Shown piece by piece: positions 1 to 14,700 of a stretch of DNA of 64,000 nucleotides (the first letter of the stretch is position 1; every line of letters begins with the position of its first letter). Position numbers and translations under genes: made by a program. Location of the stretch: assembly GCA_964035545.1 (NCBI GenBank), contig OZ037765.1, positions 26,597,504-26,661,503 of the forward strand. Direction: 5' to 3'. This DNA is from Bugula neritina. Taxonomy: Eukaryota; Animalia; Bryozoa. The notes below the pieces were generated by a model. That model saw only the letters and a program-made list of their open reading frames with translations. It had not been told where the DNA came from and searched no databases.

Positions 1-3000
1 TGACTGAGTGAAAGATTGGTCTTTAACTCATCAATCTAATTGTAAAAACCAGATGCATTTTTTTATATGTGAAAATTTAGGCGCTAAGATGATTTACAAA
101 TACTTACCAAGTTGAATAGGCATATGAAGAGTAATTGACTACAAAATTTTAAAACTTTTCATAAAAAACAAGTTAAAGCATCTCTAATAAATAAAATTTT
201 TACAAATATTTCAAGAGTAAAGTATGCAATGTAATACACCGACACCAACCTGTTTTTGGGCAGACAATAAGCTCTCTTCAGTAGTAAACTGAGAGTCTTC
301 TTGATGGTGAAGACGTGACGAAATGCTCTCAAACTCTCCTGCCTTGGCTACCAGCTGTTGGTAGAGGTCATCAATCTGTTTCATTAGAACAAATAGTTTG
401 TTATAAAATATGAAATATATTGAAAAAATTATTTAAGACAATCTACCTCATGTAACATTGGCATATCTAACAATTTAAAAGAAATTTTTTTTTTACTAAA
501 TAATAGCACCAAACACTGACTTGCTTTTGCATTTTCCCAGCTTGGTCTTTGCTTACGATTAGCTCTTCTCTAGCATTCATATGCTTGCCTTCTAACAACT
601 CATATCTTTCTTTTAACACCTTGATTTCTTCAACCTTCTCATTAAGTTCCAACTGCAGATTCGATTTCTAACACCAAATAAAATATAAAATATATTAGGA
701 AAATAATTTATATAACATTTAAACAAGATTGAAATGGCTTACCCAGTCAACAAAAATCTATTTTTATTTTGCTTATAATCAGACACTCAATAAAAGCATC
801 ATATTTGAACAGAAAACCAACTGCATAAAAAGTAGAGCTATTACATATATGAATTATAATAGAATGATTTACATTGTAAAATACTACCTGACTGCTGTAG
901 AGCTCAGTGTCTCGACTTGTACTTAGTAAGTTGACGTTGGCACTTTCAATCTCATTATTCAGCCCTTCAACTTTTTCTTCAAGTTCAATTTTAGCTTCAG
1001 TGAGTCGTTTATTCTTATCTTTAAGTGTGTTCATATCAGCTTGGAAACCATTTATCTGTTGATAAGTAGACAGCAGATAGTAAAAATTGGATATTCTCCT
1101 AAATTTTGTAACCTCTAAACTTGTTATAAAAGCTCAATAATTACCAATACAACAAGATTTGTCCAATTAAAAGCAGAATTTATTTTCATTCGAGCTTTAG
1201 GAACTTGATCTAGAAAATACGGAAATATTTTGAAGCTTCCTAACACATGAGTTCTTAACACACGGAAAACCAGTGAATTGTTTCCAACGGACACACCTCT
1301 TCAAACCAATTAATGGATTGCATATTATAGTAAAACTTAGCAGAAATTTGACAATAACATAAAATGCACATACTAAACAAATTTATGTGTTATTTTGACA
1401 ATTGGAACTTTGGACGAAGTAAAGTACCAGAGATACAAAACACACACCTGAACAGACAACTCTTCTATCTGTTGTTGTTGTCTGTCCTTTTCAGATTCCT
1501 CAGAGTTGTGCTCTTTTTGTAACAATTCAATTTCTTTTATAGCTTCATCCAATGACAAAGCTTTAGCATTTAGTTGTTCTTGAAGACTATTTATCTCATT
1601 TTCTTTCAATTTCAAACTTCTTTCCATTTGAAGCATTTTAGTTTTTATTGAACTCAATTCAGACTTGAGATTCATAACCTCATCTGCAAAAGTATACTGT
1701 TTTCATTAACAAATCTATACACAGACCATCACAAACTGCAAAACTTTATATATTATGCACTTGTCCTATAACATATAGTCCTACGAATTATGCTAATATA
1801 TGCTTAAAGTTATGGGTTGAAACTTTGTAGCATAACTATCTACTTTCTATAGCAATAGTTGTAGCGACAACTCCCAGTGTGAACCCTAGTTTACATCTCT
1901 TACTATTCTATAAGAACAGTGATTTATTGGACAGTAGACGATTTAATAGAATAATCAGCTTCAACAAATCCAAACATATTATGTATGTTGAACATTACGT
2001 TATATCATTTTATAACTAAAGTTATCACGAATACCTGAACTGAAATCATGCGAGGATGAATCTCCAAGACTATGGCTGCTTCCTCCAACCTTGACCTGTA
2101 CCCTGAGATACTCCAACTCAGCCTCAAGAGCCTCGATCTTGTCCTGAGCAGACTTGACACCAGCTATGGCATTATGCTTTTCTTTAACTGCAACACAACA
2201 CTGTTATATATGTTATGATAACACTAACAACATATACTATAAAGTAGGGTATACTACAAGAAACATTCTAATTTGTTCTATATAATATGTTACAGGCAAA
2301 GTACAGAATAAGCGGATAAGGAAATTGCTTTAACATAGAAGAGACTTGAAATGAGAGTTTCCAAAATTACATTTCACAAAATCTACCAAATTCTATAATT
2401 AGATATGAAAGTCACTAATAAATGATAAGAGATACAAAATCTTCCATTAAAATTTCTGAAAGATAAATATGTATGAAACATTTGGTAATAACACCTTTAC
2501 AAAGATATACTTTATACTAACCAAGTTTGTTCACTTCTGCTTTCAAAGTTTCTTCCACTTCAGTAATTCTCTGACGAGAGTCTTGCAACTCTTCTAAAAG
2601 CTGTCTCATCTCCCCCTTGTTTGCCAACTGCTTATTCATATCCTGCGGGGATAATTTGTTAAAAAATCAGCTACTGATTTACTACAACTGAGCTGTCAAA
2701 ACTTTGGTGGTAATGAATAAAGCATAATATATACATCTAAAAGTATTAAACTGCTATGGTTCTGCTGGGGTATTTTAACAAGACAATTGATGAAAATACT
2801 GCTCAAAAGTTTTCATCAAGCTCAACCAGTTAAAATTATGTGCTTCTGGAAAAAGACAAATTCACAATAAGAGTTTTATCTAAACTATAAAATGCCTGAA
2901 ACTATTTAAAATGGCAGTTTTAGAATACAAGCAAATTTCAAACACAATTGAAAAGACATTAATTTTAAACAAAATCATAATTTTTCTTCAAGTTGATAAG

Positions 3001-6000
3001 CAAGCTTCTGCCTGTCACACAAGGTACTTATACCGATTTACCATCACTTACTTGAAGCTGCTGTACTTACACTGGTTTATCATCACTTACATTAAGTTGT
3101 TGTACTTACACTGGTTTCTCATTACTTACTTTAAGTTGTTGCAACTCATTTTTCCAGTCATTGAGTTGCTTCATGACTGCCCTCTCTTTGTTGTGTAGAT
3201 AGGAGATGACTTCCTCTTCCTGACTCAACTGAGCACCCGACTCTTTGTTAATTGCTTCAACTATCTTAGCCACTTCAGGAGAGAACTAAGAGCAACCAGA
3301 ACAAGCTAAAACTTAACTGCAATTTATTGATTTTAGCAGACGAGTACTGATGGAGGAACATACTTTCTTAGAATCTACTGTTCGGTGAGAAGAAACGAAT
3401 CGACGGCTGCCAGATCCAGGGGTAAGAAAGTTGAGACTCATTTGTTGCTCCTTCATTTCCTGCAGCTTCATCTCGCTAAGCTTGAGTTTCTCCCTTTCTC
3501 TGAGTAGCTGTCTAGTCAGCTCCTTCACGTCTACCTGGTAAAATAAAACTTACATAATACAGAAAAGTTGTTGAAACAATGACAGGTCAGAAATTACCAG
3601 CAGAAGGTTAGGTTTACATACAGAAAAACTTCTCCACAGAAACTATAACTATGATAACCAATTCGGATTCAACTGAAAGATGCATTTTGTTACAAACTAA
3701 ACACTAATATTTTAGTAGGAGCATCACCACCATTATCATTACAATAAAAAGACACACTGCATAAATAATTTAACGATAGAAGATAGTTAAATTGTATCAA
3801 AGTCACCTGCAGCTTTGCATTTTCATTCAACAATTTATCTTCAACTTCTGATAACTTGTCAGCTCTGTCAGCCCTTTCTTGAAATAGTCTGTCTTCTGTT
3901 ATCTTTAGCCTAGTTTCTATGCCTTTCACCTGATATGAGCAGAACCAAGCTTTTACATGTTAGCAACTATATATGTAGATACACAAAACAACAAAATGGC
4001 TATTACGAATTCTTACAAGTTATGATTTCGGCACACTTTGTTTGAAACTTTATTCAGTTTTCCACTGTGTACCAGTAGTTTATTCAGACATCACCCAACA
4101 GCACTCTCATGCAGTTACAATGTCACTTACTTGCTTCTCGGCCACAGTACTGCCTCCACTGTCAATGTCTAGCTGCTGCTTCAGCACGTTGTTCATATTA
4201 GTCAACTTCCTGTTAGCTTCTGACAGTCTTCTTTTGCTTTCAGCTTCATTCTCAAAGCTGCTCTCCGATTCACTCAAAAGGAGTTTTAATTTCTTGATTT
4301 CATCCTAAAAGATTCAATTATTTATCCAACATTGTATATGCAAATTCTCATCTCATCAATATTTGTGAAATAGCAAATTTAAAAAGTAAATATGTTTTTA
4401 CCCATTCTTGCCAAATCATAAAGCTTTAAAACAATTATAAAATATTGCATTCAATTTCTAAGCTTAGGTTCTCTTTTATTAACATATTCTAATTTGTTGA
4501 AAGCTGACTTTACGCTGCTAAGTAAATTAATGCTGTCAGGGTTCAAATCCCTAACACTGACATGTTATTTTCATTGTTATGTGAAACTAAGAACCATAGC
4601 AGTGAAAGACTCACTGGGGATGATTTACAATGCAAATTTCTGCTCCTGTACACACAATTTCACACAACTAAAAAAATAAATTGACTTATAAAATAGAGCA
4701 TACCCTAAGAGAAGACGACTCTACTTTATAGCCAGAAACAATACGTTGAATTTCAGATGACTGAATGGCTGTATCAGCCATCCTCCTCACTCCTAGTAAC
4801 TCTTTCTCTAAGCTCTCATTCTATAAAACAAAAGACAACATATTTTAATACCATTGTCTGATATAATATTATGTTGTGCTTTTGCTAAGTGCAGGTTTTA
4901 TTGTGTAATTGCTAAAAACTCATCCAACAGCTTTTACTCAATGATGGGGATTATACAATTAGAGATCTAAAAGTAAATTTACCAATTCTAACTAGGTATA
5001 AATTTTCAAACTAGGCTAACTGGGGTGAAAACATTTTATTGGGTAGTATCTTTGCATATTTAAAATATTCGTTGAATTCAAATTATATGAACATTGACAT
5101 GTAACTTTTATATTTTTATGAATTTCTTGTAGTCACAGTGCGTTGAGATTTCACAGTTAGACTAAGTTAGACTAAGCCAATCTGCATTGTCGATATTCTG
5201 GTTACAATCAACGTTCAACAACTGCCCCCTACTATATTGAACAGTAGAACCAGGTCAATTGTATATTAATAAATGCAAATTAATGACAAAAATTGTTCAC
5301 CTGATAAACTAACAGAATTATAACAAAGCAGTTGGGATTCAAATACAAACACATTACTTCATATCACCATTAGAACAATGATCCAACCTCTAACTTGAGA
5401 AGCTCCAGTTTACGCTTTTGTTCATCTTTCTCTTCTCTGGCAGAATTCTGTAGACTTTCCTCTACTTCTGCATTTTTCTGTTTAGATCTTGAAACTTCTT
5501 TCTTTAATTCACTCCTCCACTTCTGCAGCTCACCTTCCTGAGTTTTGAGCTTTGTTTCCAAATGCACGATTTGAGCTGTTCAAATAGAATAAAATTTGTG
5601 AAAATAGTAAATATTGGCCAAATAATAAGAAAAATGGAGCTGCATAAAATTTATATTGACCAAAATATCACGGCAGTTAGAATAGCTACACATATGAATA
5701 TATTTGTTAGTAATATACAGTTATAAAATAACTATATACACGTACACTGAGCTCTGTTATATTTATCTCTTAAGGACTTGTTCTCCATCTTCAAAGTAGT
5801 ATTGTCTAGCTCTAATTTTCTCATGTGACTGTCCATATGTTCTTTCTCAACAGCATAACTACGAGACGACAGCAAACTGGCATCCATTGTGGACCTGGGA
5901 CTAATTATTGCCATCTACAACACATAAAAACCTTTTGCAACTAAAATTCACTAAAAATACAATTTCTAAATTCAACAAAATATACTATATTAACGCTTTT

Positions 6001-9000
6001 GTTAAAGTTACTATTGTGTATCAACTATATGTGCTACAGTAATATATTTCCATCTTATTGAGCTATATAGAATTTATGACCTATTTGCTTAAAATATAAA
6101 TTTTCAAGGTCAAATAAAACCTAATGCAGTGGATATTGGTTGTAGACAAAGTATGAGATCTTTGAATTTCTTCATTACAGTTGATGACATAAGACATAGT
6201 CTACATAATGCTTTTAGTAGTAATAAACATGATTATTTACATAGTGAATAGAATCATATAATGTGACGCTAAAACAAAAAATTTACACTAAAATTCTGCC
6301 ATACAAATTTCTAGGACATGAAGCAGTTGCATATTAACTCACAGGATTGTTTAAGCTGTAACTGGAAACAGAGGAAAGTCTACTTTCAGATCTGTCATCC
6401 ATACCATCTAATGATCTGTCCAACACTTTTGTAGAGCTATGTTCTGTATCTCTTATGTTATCCTGACTTAAACCATCAGATTTTGCACTTGAGGTCCAAT
6501 TCTTGTAAGAGTATTTTGAAGGTGAGGTAACATCTCCACCCGTTGGTTTACTTTCAGTTTTAGTTTCATGGCAAGCTATGCTATTATCAGGAGATGAATC
6601 TTGTGGTAGAGTATTGGCTAACTCTAAAGTAGATGTTTCTAAAGAAGAATTTAGCGTATTTATTTCTTCTCTTTCTCTTTCATTTTGTAGCTCAGGACTC
6701 TTACTATAGTTATTAGTATTTTTGTCAACGTTAGAACTGTATTGCTTGGTAGGAGTAGAAGTTCGACCAAAGAGCTTCGATCTTTGTGTTATTCGTGGAC
6801 TTATGCTCTTGTCTGCAAATTACAAAATGTATCAAGTAAATTTTCTTTTATTTTTTACTTTTTGAAAAGTTAAAACTTTTAAATTCTTATTATTTAAAAG
6901 CTAAAGACAAAGGCGAATTACCTAAATTAATGTATTAGAGTTTCATTGCATTTACTGTTTAAGCAACATTTGGTTGTAGAAATGTACATTTTTGCTAAGC
7001 TTCATTTCATAACTTTCTGGCATTTTGGGTTTGGAGGGTAATTGTTTTATTTCACAAGCTAACAAGTTTTCATGCTAAATATTCACTAGAACTGGAGCTA
7101 CTTAAAGCATTGCAACCCTGCACCTTCTTCTGTGCCACACACACACACTGACTTGCTACAATAATACTCTACATTCAACTGGGAACAAAACTAACAAAGG
7201 GCTACTCCCAGTTGCTTTAATCTCATGTGAATATGCTGCTGTTTAGTTTACTGAGACAACAAACATTAAAATGAAAGTGTTATGTCAAGTATAAATATTA
7301 TGCTTGTGATAATTATGACAAGTTAAACAAATCATCCAAAGAGTATACAATCAATAGAACTGCCAACATACAGTAACTCATTCATAACTCCTTGAAAGCA
7401 ACAGTTACAAATATACTGCTGCCTTGTGGCCAGGATGTATAATACTGTAGCTGCACAGGTTAAGGTCACATTAAAAAATGTGACAGGGTTTAATTTTAAT
7501 GCATTTAGGAGCAGTAGTAAAGAAATTGAGATAGCCTAAGTTCTTGAATTTTATTATTAAATTTTGGTTGGGGGCACTGGTTGAAATTCTCACAAGATTA
7601 TAACTTCGTATGCTATACTTCTAATCTAGAACACAGGCTTTTCTTAATTTCTCCGTTACTGCACGTATCTCAAAAACAGCTCAGTTGTATTAATATTAGA
7701 ATGATATAAGAAATCGTAGTAATCTAAATACATAAGCAGCTTTATTTCTATTTTTAGCTGATATTGCAATATGTGACATACACATGTTTAGTTAGAAGTG
7801 CAATACATCATTTTCTATACTGACCTTGGGCGGTGTCACCTGCAGGATTATAATGAGGCTCTCTGGACACAGGGCTAGGTGAAGGACTTAACCTCCGAGA
7901 TGGAGACTGGGAAGGCGACATACGGGCACTTTCTAGTAAACCTGGACTCTGTACAGGAGAAACGTGTCTAGCGGGAGATCTTGTCTTCTCAAACAAACTA
8001 GGACTAGCTCTAACAGCCGGAGACCTGCATTAGTATTCTTAATCAAGCATCTTGCATTTTTGATAAATATTGAATTATATCCCAACAGTAAATAACAAAC
8101 TTTCATAACAACATGTGTCCTTCAATATCATTTTATAGTCTGAGTACTTGATATATTTTTACAAAAATAAATAAAATATTCAAAAACAATAAAAAATAAA
8201 AAGTAGTAAGAGCATGGAATACAGGATCAAAGTGAATGAAAACAAGCTGTCAAACTTGCAAATGCACACTTGTACTTCAATAAGACATAAAGTTGTCTAA
8301 ACAATATTAACTCCAAACATGAAATAATAACCATGCAGAAATAGAACAAACGTTCACCTATACTGTAAGCTCTTAGAGCGACTAACTGAGAGCCTAAAGC
8401 TGCAAACAGTTTTGATAACATTATGTGATTATAGCAGATAATTAACACATAGCTGTGTCATTATAAACAGTGTCAGCTGCACTCTATATATACACGGCGT
8501 ATGCATTATTTGAGTAAAAGGCAACGAGTGACTAAATCGAATAAGTACGCAGCTATTTACCGGTTCTCTGATCTACGACCAGTGTTCAGCCCATCAAGGC
8601 TAGGAGATCTTCTGCTAGAAGAAAATAAGTCACTTCGAACTGATGGACTTCCTCTAGCACTACGACTTCGCAAAGAAGCTGTAAAAAATAAATGCAGACA
8701 TTTGAAGAATAGACCAACAAACTAAACAACTTAGCTGACATGTAATATTCAATACACTGAATACTGAATACTTACAAGCTTTGTCAGTTGAGTCAGCTAT
8801 GTCCGAGTTAGCAAGTCTATCTGTAGAACCTCTAGGAGTTCTACGAGTTGGTGTATTTCTCCCAGATGAACGAGCATCTCTGTCTCTAGCTTTTTCTTCA
8901 TCTTGCAAAAGTGTTAAATAAAAAGTTCTTACACTATACAATAGAAATAGTTGAAGATGTTAGAGATGAAATGTATGTGTTCTAATTGCAATGCAATTTC

Positions 9001-9519
9001 AAAAATTGCTAGCAGACAAATCTAACTGAAATAGGTACATTTGAATTTTCTAGTTGAAGAACAAAAAATTGAAGCTAAAAGTTAGAGAAAAGATAGTCGG
9101 TTGGTAGTAAGCCAGGGTGATTTGATTTACTTCATTTGAGCTCACACTTTAATTTCAGATGTTAGGTTCAATGGATGTACCAACATTATACAATGCAAGA
9201 AACTTCTACATTTTACTAAAGTCAAGTTCATACTAATTTAATTATGAAACAAAAACTAAATGTCGGCCATTCATATGGAGCCTGATAATTCTCTTATTTC
9301 TTTCATAAACACTGAATACCAATTATATCAGGCATCCTTATTATTTCGCCTTGTAAATAGGACAAGATATTATGTATTCAAAGTGTCAATATTATGCAGC
9401 CAAACTAACAATTAGCCTATTAATGAAAATAAATATAATTTACCTGCAACCTTATACTTACATTTTTTAGAAAGTGCTTGCAACAATTGATCAGCTTTTC
9501 TTGGTGGCTTAGCATCCAT
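1..9519 (-). CDS. Multi-exon long coiled-coil protein with Ser/Arg/Pro-rich N-terminus; 3' end lies outside the window; family not recognised
   Basis: Probable ATG at 9519 (MDAKPPRKADQLLQALSKK). Successive minus-strand GT-AG exons encode SP/SR-rich segments (7808-8900) and then E/K/Q/L heptad-rich helices (ORFs at 5370, 3690, 3313, 1373, 747, 467). Confidence 0.8.
3024..3141 (-). repeat. 39-bp tandem repeat x3 spanning a splice donor of the coiled-coil gene
   Basis: Minus-strand CAACAACTTAAA|GTAAGT unit with GT starting at 3129, 3090 and 3051. Confidence 0.9.
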
Positions 9520-9754
9520 TTGAAGTCTAGCTTTATTAGAATTATTGACTTCAATTCTTCATTTTTAGTATTTAACACAATCTAAAAAATAAATCTAACA
9601 CAATTTACAATTTACACGTTAGGATATAATGCTTAGCAATTGGCATTATAAAATTTATACTATTATGTAAGATATTTTAGAATATGTTTAATTAATTTCT
9701 TTAAAACAATGTTCAATTATGAAATAGCATATTTTATTGATAAGCTAATAGAGA

Positions 9755-9945
9755 AGGTATAGTTCAGTAGTTAGAGAGTAGGCCTAGTATGACACAGGTC
9801 ATGTGGTATAGTCCAGGCTGTGGTACATAATTACTTATGTGCTACAGCAAAAAGCCCTCATTCTCGGTTGCCAGCATGGTGAGAGGTATGCTTAAAACAT
9901 TAGAGGTTCTCCAGGGATGGAGAGCTTGAATAAACGTGGGTTTAT
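9755..9945 (+). mobile_element. Degenerate tRNA-derived SINE-like element
   Basis: tRNA-like head (GGTATAGTTCAGTAGTTAGAG, weak B box). Its 3' core GCTTAAAACAT..GGTTCTC(A)CAGGG recurs at ~17995-18036 (minus), ~52514-52560 (minus) and ~61130-61165 (plus). Confidence 0.55.
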
Positions 9946-10344
9946 ATTTGTTACCAAATTAAAAACAACTGTTTCTTTGTATTCTACATTAACTGATTAG
10001 TATTAGTATTACTCCAGTAATACTCAAGTTGCACTTAGTTTAATTACTGTTGCTATCAGTAATAGTAATAATAATTAGACCAACTCAAACTGCAAAAATT
10101 AAGCGCAGCATAGAATTAAATCAATATCACAATATGAATATGAATATGAATATGAGTATTACTATTAGGATTAGTTAATAATTAATACCAATACTCACAA
10201 TACTAGTTTAATAGCAATACTAATACTAATAATAAATGTAATAGTAACAATATGACTAATCAAAATATTTATATAAATGTATTATAATTACATATTTATC
10301 GATCTTAATATCAATTACGGCTCTGAGTAATTATTACTACTACT

Positions 10345-10790
10345 AAACGACGAATTAACTTGATACCACGCCAAATTAATGCATTAGACTTATTTCAATT
10401 TCATCAATTTTATTTGCGTCAGTGACTACGGTATTAAAATATGAATTGATTACCAAAGGTATTTAAAAAATGGATTTAAAGCTAATGTTGCTTGGCTTCT
10501 CCTAAACTTCCGTTTGTACGGCGCAAAGACCTCTTCGAAGTTTTGCGTGTAAATATCGTAATTGCACACCCAACAATGAAACCTGCTATAACTGAACTAG
10601 AAAAATAAGTCAAGACCTCATTGCAATAAATAAATTAACCACTGCAATGATGATTGGATGTTTTGTAGTGGAAGCACGTGCGAACATAGAATTTACCTGT
10701 GCCTATCTCTTTTGTCACCAATAATTATCATAATCATTGTTCTGCCAGGCGAAGCGCTAAAACTAAACCTAACTTTTAGATTTATTATTA
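10345..10790. promoter_or_regulatory. Probable bidirectional promoter (coiled-coil gene / SBNO)
   Basis: CpG-richer segment between divergent genes, flanked on both sides by low-complexity tracts and candidate first-intron donors (~10365 minus, ~10793 plus). Confidence 0.55.
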
Positions 10791-11746
10791 CAGTAAATAT
10801 TATGTTCAAGTGATTATCATTCTTATGCTTGATTTGGAGTTAGTAACTTTGGTAGAGTTTTAGTTATTGTCAAATAGTGAAATTCAAATACTAATAGTAA
10901 ATCACTAAAACTAAAAGTAAAAGTAAAACTAAATGTAATTCACTAATAAGTAATTGATTATGATTACGATTATAAATATATTTATTCATATTCATATTGA
11001 TATTGATATTTTTCTTATAGTTGTTTACTTTTAATCTGATTGTCGTTGTTATTGTAGTTACAATATGAAATTGAATATCAATATGAATATAAATGTAGAT
11101 GCTAATGGTGATACTAATGATCAGCTTTAAGTTCATAGTATAACTATAAGTATTAGTATTACTATTAGTATTAGTATTACTGTAATATAACTAATATTAG
11201 TAGTAGTTTTAGTATAAGTATAGCTTATAAGTTAAAGTATGACTATTACTATTACTGTAGTTATATCAATAATTTAAGAATAATGTCCTCCTGTTATGAA
11301 GAATGCTCAGCTTGAGATATTGATAAGAGAGCATTTGAGATTACATGGGGAGGAAACTAAACAATTTATATTCAAGTTGAAATTCAATTTGTGGATATGT
11401 GCCATCACTCAAGATTTCCAAAGTTCAATTGTCAAAATATTTATATATTTTTCAGTTACTGTTGCTAATGTTACATAATTGCTAAAAAAAGTTCTGCATT
11501 TATATAAAATGTGCTACAACGTGGTGGTCTTTTTTCTAAAAACCGAAAGCAAAACCTAATAACTATATGAAAAAACTCATCTTAACAAGTTGTCTGATTA
11601 ATGATTTTACCATTTTTTTCTATTCTCACCTATCTCCGCTTTGTCCTGCTAATATCAATTACAAATGCATGTGTTACAAAATACATGGTTTTTCCTCCAA
11701 AGGTATATGCTGAAGTATAAAAGGCTGCTTGTTTTCAACCTGTGTT

Positions 11747-14700
11747 ATGGAGAAAATGGATGAACCTGCACTGGAGCTAGAAGAACCTGACTTTTTCCCT
11801 AGTGATGTTAACCCTCATATTAATATTTCCAAAGCTGACACAGATGTTGTTGAGCTTGGCGAGCTGTCTACTTCAACTGACTCTGATAAATCAGTGAATA
11901 AAATTGAACCTAAAAGTGAGATTAAAAATGAATCTGTTGATATAAAAATTGAAAAACATGACATTTTTGAAGAAAAACCTAAAGTTGAAATTAAAGAGGA
12001 AATTCTCGAAACAGCGACAGATGATGATGTTGAAGACACAGAGTCAATTCGGTGAGTCGTAATGATTTATTTATTCTTTGTTGTAAGAATAACTACCACT
12101 TATAATTAATTATGCATCTTATTTAATTTTTATTATACATAATTTTCAAATTTTGTAGACTAAAAATTTAGTGCTGGGATCATATTGTCACTACAGTAAT
12201 AATTGGTTATCAGCTTGTGGTTATGTATGTTACATCAAAATACTAAAGAGGGGTTGTTATGTACACCAGAGCTAAATCTTTGGGCTTTTAATCTAACCCG
12301 GTCTAAGCAAATACTTTAGAAAGCCACGTTGTTGCATCAGCTGTAGTAGAAGTGACTTTAGCATGATGGCCCAACATAAATTTTTATTATATTATGTTAC
12401 TTCAAATAAACTAGTTTGTGGTCAACTTTTAACATATATATACTGATTTTGTACTCACATCTTTATTCTTTTAGAAAAGAGGTGTTTTTACCGTACAAGT
12501 ACAAGGAATGGCTCCCTGGGTGTGTGAAACATCCCGGTAATATTGTCGAGCCAGCGTCTTTAGCAGTTGTAGATTGTGCTAGTGACTTGAACTCTGACCT
12601 ATCTCAATCATTACCTCCAGAAACTGTGACTAAAGGAAAACTCAGCAGTCTTCAACTTGAATCTATTGTGAAAGCTGTATGTTTAAGTTTCAATTGCAGT
12701 AGAATGAAATTACTTTGCACTAAACCAATTATATGTATGCAATGAAAATATAATTACTTCAATATAGTAATGTTAGTATAAAATTGGTTATGCTGTGGCT
12801 ATCATCCACGGTTATACCACTTCGAAAATTAAATAACTTTGTATTTTCAAAAGATTTTGTAACTATAAAGTATCAACAATAGAAGATGTACCAGTGTTCT
12901 GCTTCACAATTTTCACACTTATTTTATTGAATATTACTTGTATGTATCGTTTAAGGCACGGAGACATCAAATTATTCTTGCCAATGGAAATCGTGCTGGA
13001 TTCTTTATAGGAGATGCTGCTGGTGTTGGTAAAGGTCGCCAGGTAATACTGCATATTACTCCGTCTCACCATAATGGAGTAAAATTGTGTGAACCAGACA
13101 AAGGAGGTTTCAAGATTAATATTTACTGTTTAATTCCGAAGAAGTTCAGCTTAATTTAAAAAAACATTTGGAATGGAAACATTTAACAAAGTTTTTTTTT
13201 ATTCCTGAAATTTAGCTGTCATAATTATGGCCTTCACATTGAGTGTGTTGCAGTTCTTATGTGGATTTATTACGAAGTAGCATGTGTTTCCGCAACAGAT
13301 GAGCAGCTCTCCAATGTTTACACAAAGCTATTCATTAATCATCTTGAAGCATTAAATAGTCCTAAAAATACGCGTTACATTCTCTACCTATCTATAGATT
13401 ATAAGTTTTTCTTACTGAACTTTGGCCATCGATTATGCGTAAATTTATTTTAATCATCGGAAACTTTTCCTTCTGCTAATCCTTATATTTTAAGTGTATT
13501 TTTAAGCTGAAAAAATTGTGAGCTAAATATATAAGAGTTGCTATCTTTTCTTCTGTTAATACTTTACTATAGACCTCTTGTCTTTCATCTTCATTGGGTT
13601 TTGTAGCTTATGTCATATTTGTTTACAACTGTTGTACTAGCAGATAGTATATTAAATAAATTTCTTTACCCTTATAATATAAATTTTATTTTTCAAGCAA
13701 CTAACATACTTGAATATGATGTGTAATGAAAACATACAGATCTTTAAAAGTTATCTAAGTTATCTGTAATTTATTGGTAGATTGCAGGAGTTATCATGGA
13801 TAATTACTGCCGAGGGAGAGATAAGCACATCTGGTTCAGTGTCTCCAATGATCTGATTATTGATGCTCAAAGGTGTGGGATATACATACCGTGTATATAT
13901 TTTCTATCTACAGCTTATTTGTTTTTTTCATTATATAATATAGGCTACTCTTGCACACATGCTTGTTGTATGCTTGCAATAGTTTTATTACACATGTGCA
14001 ATTTATTACATTGTGCATGCATTATAATGTGTTATATTTATGTTGTGTGGAAGTTGTTTTATGTTGTGTATGAACCCTGAGAGGAGAGTGTATCTGTAGT
14101 TACTTTTACACATGATTTAGGGACTTGAGAGATATTGGCTGCTTCATTAATGTCATTGATGGATGCAAGGGAATTGACAAGGGAACAACACTGTTTGGTC
14201 TATCTGAGTCAATCCGATCTGGAGTTGTATTCAGCACCTACTCCACGCTAGTATCTAATGTGTGCACAGGTGAGAGCTTGTTCGCATACTCTGTTGTAAT
14301 AACACATGTCCTGCAGTTTCCTGTGTCTTCAGTGCCTCTTGTCTGTATGTTGAAGGAGCCACAAAAAGTATGAAGAAGTCTCGGCTCAGTCAGCTGATCA
14401 GCTGGTGCGGTGAAGCAGAATTTAACGGCTGCCTTGTTTTTGATGAATGTCACAGGGCTAAGAACTTTGTTCCGGTAAGTAAATCACCAGCTTTTAAATA
14501 GCCTTCAATGTCTAACAATTTTCTTGCAAAAAGTCAAGTACTCAGGTACTTGCCAAACTATTTTCACGGATCAGCACTAAGAGTTTGTGTAGCAAATCTA
14601 TTTTTCTTATTTCTTTGCATGTTCTGAATATTGTATGGTTATATCAAGATGATAATAGTTTAGTCTAATAATTTGTTAAGTGACTTTAGTTATTAATGTG

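Noticed and set aside
7176-7215. 9-bp inverted repeat CAACTGGGA...TCCCAGTTG
   Set aside because: Too short to assign; no TSD or clear family.
9755-9835. Possible tRNA gene
   Set aside because: B box and cloverleaf are degenerate, and it is attached to a dispersed repeat body, so it fits a SINE remnant.
10891-11136. Ile/Asn/Leu-rich ORF (also 43199-43423 and 56888-57082)
   Set aside because: By-product of ANT triplet periodicity; no protein-like features.
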